Assembly: GCA_902761585.1 (NCBI GenBank)
Contig: CACWKX010000002.1
Location: 52,512 to 116,511, forward strand
Reading direction: 5' to 3'
Length of the DNA: 64,000 nucleotides
DNA from: an uncultured Lachnospiraceae bacterium
GTDB lineage: Bacteria; Bacillota; Clostridia; Lachnospirales; Lachnospiraceae
Position numbers and translations under genes: made by a program
Shown here: positions 48,401-56,378 of the stretch, in pieces
Numbering within the stretch: position 1 is the stretch's first letter
Layout of the letters: every line of letters begins with the position of its first letter
Notes under the pieces: model-generated
The model's input: only the letters and a program-made list of their open reading frames with translations
Told to the model about the DNA's origin: nothing
Databases searched by the model: none

Positions 48401-48964
48401 GCAGAGCGCCTCCGGTACAGTCTCCGCCGTCTGCATCTGATGCGTCTCCTGAAACTGCCGGTACTTTTCCCGCAGAACGGACAGCTGCGCCAGCTTCTGT
48501 GCCAGGACAGGCCTTGTGCCGCATCCGGAAACCATCCGCTGAATCTCCTCATCCGTCATCTCATACTGGTCCATTTCCGAGAGAATGCTCTTCAGCTCCC
48601 CGAGCACCCCCGGGCGGTCGACCGCCCCTGAAAGAAGAGAAAGACCGGCTGCCTCCCTGTCCGCGATCAGGCGGAGCAGCAGAGTTTTCCCGGTCTCCTT
48701 CAGAAGCGTTTTTCTTCTGACGCCCGTCTCCTCAAACACACGAACCGCCAGTCTTGAAAAACTCAGGATATCAATATTCAGAATGCCGCCGCTTTTACTC
48801 AGAGAGCAGAGGCTTTGCTGCGTCTGCATCGTAAACTGCTCCGGAACCAGGATGATGTGCTGCCTGCCCGGATTCTGCGCGGCGTCCTCAAGCGCCGTCT
48901 CGAAGAGCTTTCTGCTCTTCCCGCAGCCGGAAGGACCCAGGATCAGTTTCAGAGACATTCTCAT
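45464..48964 (-). CDS. addB: Helicase-nuclease subunit AddB
   Basis: GPSGCGKS, VPEQFT, SVSRLE..ALCPF, GRIDRVD, DYKTG, CSYCAMKAVC Fe-S cysteines. Confidence 0.96.
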   Translation of the reverse strand: MRMSLKLILGPSGCGKSRKLFETALEDAAQNPGRQHIILVPEQFTMQTQQSLCSLSKSGGILNIDILSFSRLAVRVFEETGVRRKTLLKETGKTLLLRLIADREAAGLSLLSGAVDRPGVLGELKSILSEMDQYEMTDEEIQRMVSGCGTRPVLAQKLAQLSVLREKYRQFQETHQMQTAETVPEALCGRIPASRMLEGSRIYLDGFTGFTPAQLDVLSGLMRKAEWVTAAFTIDAKVDGFSRPREEELFALTKKTVQALGRIAAETGTVMEPPLVMEQSGTGRFKEGSELQYLEAHLLRPGRRNPFPGQSGRHQIRILSCANPAEEAQAAVAWIRRLTRTNENDGETLRYRDIAVVAGDFPTYAEHLRRAFGRAEIPYFVDRSVPVTLNPAFEFVRAAFAILDANYSYESMMAFFRTGFVFDDRETVDILENYLLAAGIRGHKAWTQRWSLPAGDCREEEIAELEELRESFAERFEPFAGVCRFSAGKLKDYARALWELTDAFDLQGKLALLAREREESGLRADSEVYSQAAPAIAEVLDEAVSLLGDEKIRRSQFEQILEAGLSESKIGIVPPGIDEVQIGDLMRSRITNVRAILFLGMNDEFVPGRSHEGGILTDVERDYLRRQAFHLAPSAREEAAVRQFYLYLSLTKPSDFLILSCSRTTMDGSILRPAAALLQIRQLFPKIEIQDGLPGGLAGTVYLPKEAPDALAGVLAAGRDWTEAEKEEQTPMLRELYLASAAERPEQTRRLLKALDIVPLPRLSRETARKLYGDNLEGSVSRLETFALCPFRQYAVYGLGLQERRRYEVQASDVGTLMHRGLELLSARVKGSRDVSWKTLPPEALDRWAEESLRQACLETSGGKFEDTFRSAGQYQRLLRIFRHAAAVLKMQLAAGDFEPALFETRFDSRDRRTAEPLFFPDGSRMNLSGRIDRVDEASGGDDSRLFIKVVDYKTGSTGFDLNEVWMGTELQLPVYMDTALRMERQRHRKKEVVCAGLLYFPVRDPVLDSRYADLDDASLEAERTRKIRPSGLILDDREAVSLFSSDPGLLSEVAPVTLNKDGSISAARSSVADARKLSLLSAYARRKMIETGERILGGEIAPSPLKENDRMDACSYCAMKAVCRFTGHDPQMRYRQMPNIPQDEIWKRMAEETESAGDRKETEMD

Positions 48965-48972
48965 TCCCCCTG

Positions 48973-50082
48973 TCAGTATAGCTGGTACCCGTTCGGGTTG
49001 ATTGCATACTCATGCTGCTTCAGAAGCGCAATATTCGCAGTCTCGAATTCATTGAAGACAGATTCGGAAAATGAATCTGCCGGCAGGGTCGGCGAATACC
49101 AGGGCTTGCTTCCGAAATACTCTCTCAGTTCCGATGACTGGAAGATATAGCCTCTCCGCGCATAGATCTCATTGCGCGCATAACACAGCTGCTGAAGGCT
49201 CATCCCCGAGACATCGGCATCGGTCAGATAACGGAGTGCGCTGTCATAGAAGATATAATCACTCTCGGACACGGCTGCGGCTTCCTGGGCGGGGAAAGAC
49301 CGCACCGCCGAATAGCTGTATCCCGGCTGGTCTGTGGTATAACCGCCCTGCGCCTGCTCCTGTGCCTGAAGAGAGTCGATGTTCTGGATCTCCACATAGT
49401 TCAGAAGACTCGGTGAGAATGCCGAGGCATCCACCGTCCCCCAGTACCAGTTCTTCGCATTGAAATAGTCGGACAGTTCCGTTGAAGAGAAGATGTAGCC
49501 GTGTCTCGCATAGATCTCATACCGTGCGTAGCACAGCTCCTGAAGTGAAAGCTGACTGATCTCCTGCGCCGTCAGAACCCTCGCACTGCTGTCAGAAAAA
49601 ATATAGCTGTTCGGATCAACCGTGAAGGAATCCGCCAGTGACTCCGTTGCCTGCTCCCCTTCCTCCGCGTAGGGAGTCAGCGTATCAAACGAGTACCCTG
49701 GCTGATCAAGAACATACTCTCCCTGGCTCTTCTCGATGTCCAGAAGTGTCTGGATATTCGCTGTCTCGTAGGCATTCAGCACCGAATCACTGAACTGATC
49801 GGGTGCATATATACCATGATACCAGTACTGCGCGCTGAAATAGGCCTGCAGCTCCTCCGACTCAAACATCTTGCCGTTTCGGGCATAGATCTCGTTTCTG
49901 GCATAGCAGAGGGCCTGAGACGGCCAGCCTGAGACCTCCTCCTGCGTGATATATGCATAGGAACTCTGTGGAAGCAGGTAGCCCGAGGGCGCCGCCTGCG
50001 GGCGAATTGAAAAAATCAGCAAAAACAGCAGAAACAGGAAGCATCCCTCCGCCATCTTTGCACCATATCTGAACCTGGTCAT
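48973..50082 (-). CDS. Secreted protein with three YARHG domains
   Basis: Signal peptide; ARNEIYARNG, ARYEIYARHG, ARNEIYARRG; GGAGGG SD before the ATG at 50082. Confidence 0.9.
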   Translation of the reverse strand: MTRFRYGAKMAEGCFLFLLFLLIFSIRPQAAPSGYLLPQSSYAYITQEEVSGWPSQALCYARNEIYARNGKMFESEELQAYFSAQYWYHGIYAPDQFSDSVLNAYETANIQTLLDIEKSQGEYVLDQPGYSFDTLTPYAEEGEQATESLADSFTVDPNSYIFSDSSARVLTAQEISQLSLQELCYARYEIYARHGYIFSSTELSDYFNAKNWYWGTVDASAFSPSLLNYVEIQNIDSLQAQEQAQGGYTTDQPGYSYSAVRSFPAQEAAAVSESDYIFYDSALRYLTDADVSGMSLQQLCYARNEIYARRGYIFQSSELREYFGSKPWYSPTLPADSFSESVFNEFETANIALLKQHEYAINPNGYQLY

Positions 50083-50155
50083 AAATACCCTCCGTGGTGT
50101 TTTGACCATTGTAGCATGAAACGGGCTGGCCTTGCCTGGTTCATTTTATTAAATA

Positions 50156-50201
50156 AAAATGAAGGTACCCGGACACGCTTGTCTCCGGGCGCCTTCATTT
50201 T
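50156..50201. terminator. Hairpin flanked by A/T runs after valS
   Basis: aaaatgaagg..cccgga/tccggg..ccttcatttt. Confidence 0.75.
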
Positions 50202-50265
50202 CTCTGGCTGGCAGAAGCCTCTTATCCCACCGTACACTTTCGATCCCGGCGGTCTGCCTTCGGTT

Positions 50266-52920
50266 TTACTTTCTCAGCTGCTGCAGTCTTTCCGTGACCT
50301 GCTTCATCAGCTGTGCGTACTTTTCTCTCTTTGCCTTCTCTTCCGCAACCTTCGCCTCCGGCGCCTTGCTCAGGAACCGCTCATTTCCCAGCATACTGTC
50401 GGACCGCTTCAGCTCGCCCTCCAGCCGTTTCTGCTCTTTCTCAAGGCGCTCGATCTCTTTGCTGACATCGACCAGCTCCTCCATCGGCATGAAGATGGTC
50501 GCATTGTGAATCACACAGGAGGCCGAAGACTCCGCAACCCCCTCCTTGTCCTTCTGGACCTTCACCTCGCTCGCCATGCCGAGTGCCGCAAAGAACACAC
50601 GGTTCCGCTCGAAGATGCCGCGCACCTCCTCGTCATCCGACACCACGATGACCTTTGCCTTCCTGGACGGCGGAACGTTCATGCCCGTACGCACATTCCG
50701 GATTGCGCGGACCGCATCCTTGACAGCGTCGATCTCCTTCTCCTCCTGCGGAAAGCTCCAGTCCTCCCGGAAGGCGGGCCAGACGGAGCGCATGATGGTC
50801 TCCTCCTGATCCTGCAGAGATGTGAAAAGCTCCTCTGTGATAAACGGCATGAACGGATGGAGCAGCTTCAGTCCCTGGATCAGAACCGTCTTCAGTGTCC
50901 AGAGTGCCGCGCCCTTCGTCTGGTCGTCATCGCTGTACAGCCGCGGCTTCACCATCTCGATGTACCAGTCGCAGAACTCATCCCAGAGGAAGTCGTAGAC
51001 CTTCTGCACGGCAATTCCGAGTTCAAACTTATCCATGTTCTCGGTGACGTCCCTTGCCAGCGTATTCGCCTTCGAAAGGATCCACCTGTCTGCCGGTGTC
51101 AGCTCCTCTATCGATATGTGCTCCGGTGCCTGCTGCCTCTCAAGATTCATCAGAATAAACCGGGTCGCATTCCAGATCTTGTTGCAGAAGTTTCTGGAGT
51201 TTTCCACGCGCTCCCAGTAGAACCGCATGTCGTTCCCCGGCGCATTTCCGGTCATCAGTGTGAGTCTCAGAGCATCTGCGCCGTACTTGTCGATCACCTC
51301 AAGCGGGTCAATTCCATTTCCGAGGGACTTGGACATCTTGCGTCCCTTGTCGTCGCGGACAAGGCCATGGATCAGCACATACTTGAACGGGCTCTTTCCG
51401 GTCTGCTCCAGCGCCGAGAACACCATGCGGATGACCCAGAAGAAGATGATGTCGTAGCCTGTCACAAGGACATCCGTCGGATAGAAATACTTCAGCTCCG
51501 GTGTATCATCCGGCCAGCCCAGTGTCGAGAACGGCCAGAGGGCGGAGGAGAACCAGGTGTCAAGGGAATCCGGATCCTGTGTAAAATGCCTGCCGCCACA
51601 CTTCGGGCACACATCCGGTGCTCCGCCCGCTCTGACAACGACTTCTCCGCAGTCATCGCAGTAGTATGCCGGAATCCGGTGTCCCCACCACAGCTGTCTG
51701 GAAATGCACCAGTCCTGGATATTCTCCAGCCAGTGCGTGTATGTTTTCTCAAAGTGTTCCGGCACAAAATTCAGATCGTCGGTCTTTACGACCTCAAGCG
51801 CTGCCTTCGCCATCTCGTCCATCTTCACAAACCACTGCGGCTTGAGCATCGGCTCAACCGTCGTGTGACAGCGGTCGTGCGTTCCGACCGAGTGTGTGAT
51901 CGGAACAACCTTGACTAGCAGTCCCTGCTCCTTCAGATCCTCAACCATCGCCTTCCTGGCTTCATAGCGGTCCATTCCTGCGTACTTTCCGCAGAGGCTG
52001 TTCATGGTCGCGTCATCGTTCAGGATATTGATCTCCTCCAGGTGATGCCGCTTTCCGACCTGGAAGTCGTTCGGGTCGTGAGCCGGTGTAATCTTGACAC
52101 AGCCGGTTCCGAACTCCTTGTCCACATACGCATCCGCAATCACCGGTATCACACGGTCTGTCAGCGGGAGCTTCAGCATCTTTCCGACCAGATCCTTGTA
52201 CCGGTCATCGTCTGGATTCACCGCGACCGCCGTATCCCCGAGAAGCGTCTCCGGCCTGGTCGTCGCAATCTCAACAAACCGTCCTTCCTCGCCCACAATC
52301 GGATACTTGATATGCCAGAAAAAGCCATCCTGGTCTACATGCTCGACCTCCGCGTCAGACAGGGATGTCTGGCACTTCGGGCACCAGTTGATGATGCGGT
52401 TTCCCTTGTAGATCCATCCCTTCTCATAGAGCTTCACAAACACGGTCTCGACAGCGCGGGAACAGCCCTCATCCATCGTGAAACGCTCTCTGTCCCAGTC
52501 GGCACTGCAGCCGATCTTCTGGAGCTGCTTCAGAATTCTGGAGCCGTATTCATCCTTCCACTGCCAGCAATACTTCAGGAACTCCTCGCGGCCGATCTGA
52601 TGCTTGTCGATGCCCTTATCCTTGAGCATGTTCGTGACCTTGACCTCGGTCGCGATGGCTGCATGATCGGTTCCCGGCTGCCACAGTGCCTCGTACCCTT
52701 CCATCCGCTTCCAGCGGATCAGAATGTCCTGCATGGTATTGTCAAGCGCATGTCCCATGTGCAGCTGCCCTGTGATATTCGGCGGCGGCATGATGATGGT
52801 AAATGGTTTTTTGTCCGGATTCACCTGTGCGTGAAAGTACCCCTTCTCCAGCCACCTGTGATAGATCCTGTCTTCCATTCCGGACGGGTTATAGGTCTTC
52901 TCAAGCTGTTTCGTGCCCAT
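50266..52920 (-). CDS. valS: Valine--tRNA ligase
   Basis: PPPNITGQLHMGH, DWCISRQLWWGH, KMSKS, C-terminal coiled coil; conventional start MGTKQLEKTY, though the frame stays open upstream to 53106. Confidence 0.98.
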   Translation of the reverse strand: MGTKQLEKTYNPSGMEDRIYHRWLEKGYFHAQVNPDKKPFTIIMPPPNITGQLHMGHALDNTMQDILIRWKRMEGYEALWQPGTDHAAIATEVKVTNMLKDKGIDKHQIGREEFLKYCWQWKDEYGSRILKQLQKIGCSADWDRERFTMDEGCSRAVETVFVKLYEKGWIYKGNRIINWCPKCQTSLSDAEVEHVDQDGFFWHIKYPIVGEEGRFVEIATTRPETLLGDTAVAVNPDDDRYKDLVGKMLKLPLTDRVIPVIADAYVDKEFGTGCVKITPAHDPNDFQVGKRHHLEEINILNDDATMNSLCGKYAGMDRYEARKAMVEDLKEQGLLVKVVPITHSVGTHDRCHTTVEPMLKPQWFVKMDEMAKAALEVVKTDDLNFVPEHFEKTYTHWLENIQDWCISRQLWWGHRIPAYYCDDCGEVVVRAGGAPDVCPKCGGRHFTQDPDSLDTWFSSALWPFSTLGWPDDTPELKYFYPTDVLVTGYDIIFFWVIRMVFSALEQTGKSPFKYVLIHGLVRDDKGRKMSKSLGNGIDPLEVIDKYGADALRLTLMTGNAPGNDMRFYWERVENSRNFCNKIWNATRFILMNLERQQAPEHISIEELTPADRWILSKANTLARDVTENMDKFELGIAVQKVYDFLWDEFCDWYIEMVKPRLYSDDDQTKGAALWTLKTVLIQGLKLLHPFMPFITEELFTSLQDQEETIMRSVWPAFREDWSFPQEEKEIDAVKDAVRAIRNVRTGMNVPPSRKAKVIVVSDDEEVRGIFERNRVFFAALGMASEVKVQKDKEGVAESSASCVIHNATIFMPMEELVDVSKEIERLEKEQKRLEGELKRSDSMLGNERFLSKAPEAKVAEEKAKREKYAQLMKQVTERLQQLRK

Positions 52921-52951
52921 CTGTTCCTTCTGCTCCTCAAAATCTTTATTT

Positions 52952-53409
52952 GGTATTCGCGCTTTCGCAGCACTTCCGTGCTGCTTCGCGCTCATACCTT
53001 TGCGGACTCCTGAATAAGTCCCCCGCGGCTCTTCGCTGCTCCGCAGCTTCCGTTCCGCTTTCAGGTATTCGCGCTTTTCGCACCGCTTCGCGGCGCCCGC
53101 GCTCATACCTTTTCAGCCTCCTGAATAAGTCCCCTCGCGGCTCTTCGCTGCTTCACAGCTTTCGTGCCGCTTTCAGGTATTCGCGCTTTTCGCACCGCTT
53201 CGCGGCGCCCGCGCTCATACCTTTTCAGCCTCCTGAATAAGTCCCCCGCGGCTCTTCGCTGCTCCGCAGCTTCCGTGCCGCTTTCAGGTATTCGCGCTTT
53301 CGCACCGCTTCGCGGCGCCCGCGCTCATACCTTTGTCGTCGCTCGTGAACAGGCACATTGACGTGCGAGCACGTCATGTGCCTGTTCACGGCGACTGGGA
53401 CTTATTCAG
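52952..53409. repeat. Tandem ~111-bp structured repeat array ending in a 177-bp element with 13-bp terminal inverted repeats (MITE/REP-like)
   Basis: Three full units plus one partial; ctgaataagtccc at 53233-53245 is complementary to gggacttattcag at 53397-53409; long hairpin at 53338-53395. Confidence 0.92.
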
Positions 53410-53413
53410 TATA

Positions 53414-54238
53414 TCATATCACCTGCTGGATCACACGGTAGATTTCGCCGAGGCCCTGTCCGGAGGGGGCGGAGAATGGCAGAATTTCTGCTGCCTCCGG
53501 AGCTTTTAATGTTCTTCGGATGACCTCAATCTGGCGGAGCTGCTGGCTTTTCCCGAGCTTGTCGGCTTTCGTCGCAATGATGACGGGTGTAAATCCGCTC
53601 GCCCGCACCCAGTCGTACATCTGAATGTCATTCGCATTCGGCTCGTGCCGGATATCGACAAGCAGAAAGACCTTCTTCAGTCCGGGGGAGGAGTTGAGGT
53701 AGCGCTCGATCATCTCTCCCCACTTTTCCTTCTCCGATACTGACACATTCGCATATCCGTAGCCTGGCAGATCAACCAGAAAAAAGGGCTTCCGCTCGGT
53801 CGGGACGCGGACTGCAGTCTGTGATGCATCTTCCTTCTGACTGCCCCTGACCCGTGCCTGCCCGTTCTTCCCGCTTAACGCTTTCTGTCTGGACGGATCC
53901 TTCTTCCAGCGCAGTTTCTTTTTCCGGATGACTTCCGCCTGCAAGCTTCCTGCATCTCCTGCGGCATCCTCCATGCTCGGCTGCAATGCGGGCACACTCA
54001 CAGTACCCTGCTCCATCACCTGCGGCACCTCCGCCACCACATGATAGAAATTGATTGTCCGGGTTTTTCCGGGTGTCTCACCGACCCTCGCAAGCCGCCT
54101 GCGTTTCATGACGGCGTTGATCAGGGAGGACTTTCCCACGTTCGACTTCCCCGCAAACGCAATCTCCGGTTCATCAAAAACAGGAAGGGTACTTGTATAT
54201 CCGCAGACCGTGTCCAGCTTCACATCTATGATTTTCAT
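53414..54238 (-). CDS. engB: Ribosome biogenesis GTPase EngB/YsxC with a large insertion
   Basis: GKSNVGKSS, TPGKT, DLPGYG, TKADK; 274 aa. Confidence 0.95.
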   Translation of the reverse strand: MKIIDVKLDTVCGYTSTLPVFDEPEIAFAGKSNVGKSSLINAVMKRRRLARVGETPGKTRTINFYHVVAEVPQVMEQGTVSVPALQPSMEDAAGDAGSLQAEVIRKKKLRWKKDPSRQKALSGKNGQARVRGSQKEDASQTAVRVPTERKPFFLVDLPGYGYANVSVSEKEKWGEMIERYLNSSPGLKKVFLLVDIRHEPNANDIQMYDWVRASGFTPVIIATKADKLGKSQQLRQIEVIRRTLKAPEAAEILPFSAPSGQGLGEIYRVIQQVI

Positions 54239-54273
54239 CTCTGGTATTCTCCCTTCTTGCCCGAGGGGTTCCT

Positions 54274-54312
54274 AAAAATGAGGCTCATGCGGTATTGGCG
54301 CACGAGCCTCGT
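54274..54312 (-). terminator. Terminator after clpX
   Basis: gaggctc-atgcg/cgcac-gagcctc stem plus U5. Confidence 0.7.
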
Positions 54313-54366
54313 TATATCTTCCTGTTTCCTGCCTGTCATTCTGAAAAGAGACGCCCCCAAGGTCAG

Positions 54367-55677
54367 TCAGGCTGTCGCTCCAAGCTTTTTTCTTTTTTTA
54401 CGGCTCCGGGGTTCCTCAACGAGATCCAACGGTTCATCCATGAATGTGATCTCCGGCTTCTCTTTTCCGTCAATGACATCTTTTGTGACATGGCAGACTG
54501 CTGCCCGGTCTTCACTCGGCAGGTCAAACATGACATCATTCATCGACTTTTCGATCACGCTCCGAAGGCCGCGGGCGCCGATCTTCCGCTTAATGGTCAG
54601 ATCCGCAATTTCCTCGACTGCCTCCTCGTCAAAGGTAAGCTTCACCTTGTCCAGGGCAAACAGTTTCTTATACTGTTTGATAATCGCGTTCTTCGGTTCT
54701 GTCAGGATCCGGATCATCGCGCTTCTGTCCAGCTCGTCAAGCGAAACGACAACCGGCACTCGGCCGATAAATTCCGGGATCAGGCCGAACTTGATGAGAT
54801 CCTCAGGCTGAACCTGCTTCAGAACATCGCCGATGTTCCGCTCCTCCTTTGTCCGGATATCCGCCTTGAATCCCATGCTTCTGGTATCCATCCGGCTCTC
54901 AATGATCTTGTCCAGTCCTTCGAACGCGCCTCCGCAGATAAACAGGATGTTGGTCGTGTCAATCTGGATCAGCTCCTGCTGCGGGTGCTTTCTCCCGCCC
55001 TGCGGCGGAACCGATGCCACAGTTCCCTCCAGGATCTTCAGCAGCGCCTGCTGGACCCCTTCGCCGGACACATCCCTGGTGATTGAGACATTCTCACTCT
55101 TGCGGGAGATCTTGTCAATCTCATCCACGTATATGATGCCCTTCTGGGCGCGCTCGATATCATAATCCGCAGCCTGAATCAGCTTCAGAAGAATGTTCTC
55201 GACATCCTCGCCGACATAGCCGGCTTCCGTCAGCGATGTCGCGTCCGCAATCGCAAACGGAACATTCAGCATCTTTGCGAGCGTCTGTGCCAGGTACGTC
55301 TTTCCGGACCCGGTCGGTCCCAGCATCAGGATATTGCTCTTCTGAAGCTCCACCTCATCATCGTTCGCCCGCTCATTTGAAAGAATCCGCTTGTAATGAT
55401 TGTATACGGCGACCGAAAGTGTCTTCTTTGCCTCATCCTGTCCGATGACATACTGATCAAGAAACGCCTTGATCTCCCTGGGTTTCATCAGATGGATATC
55501 GCTTTCCATCTGAAGCTCCTCTTCTTCACCCAGCTCTTCCTCGACAATCTCCGAGCACACGTTGATGCATTCGTCGCAGATGTACACGTCCCCCGGCCCT
55601 GCAATCAGCTTTCGGACCTGATCCTCCGACTTGCCGCAGAAGGAGCACCGAATTTTCTCATATCCTTTATTCGCCAT
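54367..55677 (-). CDS. clpX: ATP-dependent Clp protease ATP-binding subunit
   Basis: CSFCGK zinc-binding domain, [24 protein letters not shown]. Confidence 0.99.
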   Translation of the reverse strand: MANKGYEKIRCSFCGKSEDQVRKLIAGPGDVYICDECINVCSEIVEEELGEEEELQMESDIHLMKPREIKAFLDQYVIGQDEAKKTLSVAVYNHYKRILSNERANDDEVELQKSNILMLGPTGSGKTYLAQTLAKMLNVPFAIADATSLTEAGYVGEDVENILLKLIQAADYDIERAQKGIIYVDEIDKISRKSENVSITRDVSGEGVQQALLKILEGTVASVPPQGGRKHPQQELIQIDTTNILFICGGAFEGLDKIIESRMDTRSMGFKADIRTKEERNIGDVLKQVQPEDLIKFGLIPEFIGRVPVVVSLDELDRSAMIRILTEPKNAIIKQYKKLFALDKVKLTFDEEAVEEIADLTIKRKIGARGLRSVIEKSMNDVMFDLPSEDRAAVCHVTKDVIDGKEKPEITFMDEPLDLVEEPRSRKKRKKLGATA

Positions 55678-55679
55678 TC

Positions 55680-56261
55680 TTACCTCGATGTTACAACCTC
55701 GTCAATCAGTCCGTACGTCTTCGCTTCCTCGGCCGTCATCCAGTGATCGCGCTCTGTGTCACGTTCAATCACCTCAAGCGGCTGTCCGGAATTCTGGGAA
55801 AGAAGCCGGTTCAGTCTCTCCCGTGTCTTGATGATCTCATCGGCGGCAATCTTCATGTCAGATGCCTGCCCCTGCGTCCCGCCGGACGGCTGGTGGATCA
55901 GAATCTCTGAATTCGGAAGCGCAAATCTCTTGCCCTTCGCTCCGCCCGCAAGCAGAAATGAACCCATACTTGCCGCAAGTCCGACGCAGATCGTTGATAC
56001 GTCACACTTCACATACTGCATGGTATCATAGATCGCCATGCCTGCCGTGACAGAGCCTCCCGGACTGTTGATATACAGATGGATGTCCTTGTTCGGATCC
56101 TCCGACTCCAGAAACAGCAGCTCCGCAACAATCACGTCCGCAATGGAATCCGTGACTTCTTCCCCAAGGAAAATGATCCGGTCCTCCAGCAGCCTGGAGA
56201 AGATATCATACGATCTCTCCCCTCTGGACGTCTGTTCTATGACATAAGGTATCAGGCTCAT
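55680..56261 (-). CDS. clpP: Clp protease proteolytic subunit
   Basis: YINSPGG, GLAASMG, IHQP; start MSLIPYV. Confidence 0.99.
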   Translation of the reverse strand: MSLIPYVIEQTSRGERSYDIFSRLLEDRIIFLGEEVTDSIADVIVAELLFLESEDPNKDIHLYINSPGGSVTAGMAIYDTMQYVKCDVSTICVGLAASMGSFLLAGGAKGKRFALPNSEILIHQPSGGTQGQASDMKIAADEIIKTRERLNRLLSQNSGQPLEVIERDTERDHWMTAEEAKTYGLIDEVVTSR

Positions 56262-56378
56262 GCGAATCCTCCTTAAACGAAAAGTCCCCGGTGGAAACGG
56301 TACGGACGAATTCGCCCGTCCGAATCCGCATATGGGGACTCTCACAATCAGTATCCTGCCTGTTCCGCTGAGAACGGC

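Noticed and set aside
50116-51918. 600-aa + strand ORF, and similar long ORFs at 8076-8972, 31750-32973, 39932-40888, 43263-44591 and 62317-63522
   Set aside because: Antisense shadows of well-supported minus-strand genes, expected from GC-rich codon bias; no recognisable motifs.
52952-53334. CRISPR array
   Set aside because: The units are near-identical over their whole ~111 bp, there are no unique spacers, and there are no cas genes in the window.
52921-53413. T-box riboswitch upstream of valS
   Set aside because: No GGTGGNACC-type T-box or specifier/terminator layout on the minus strand.
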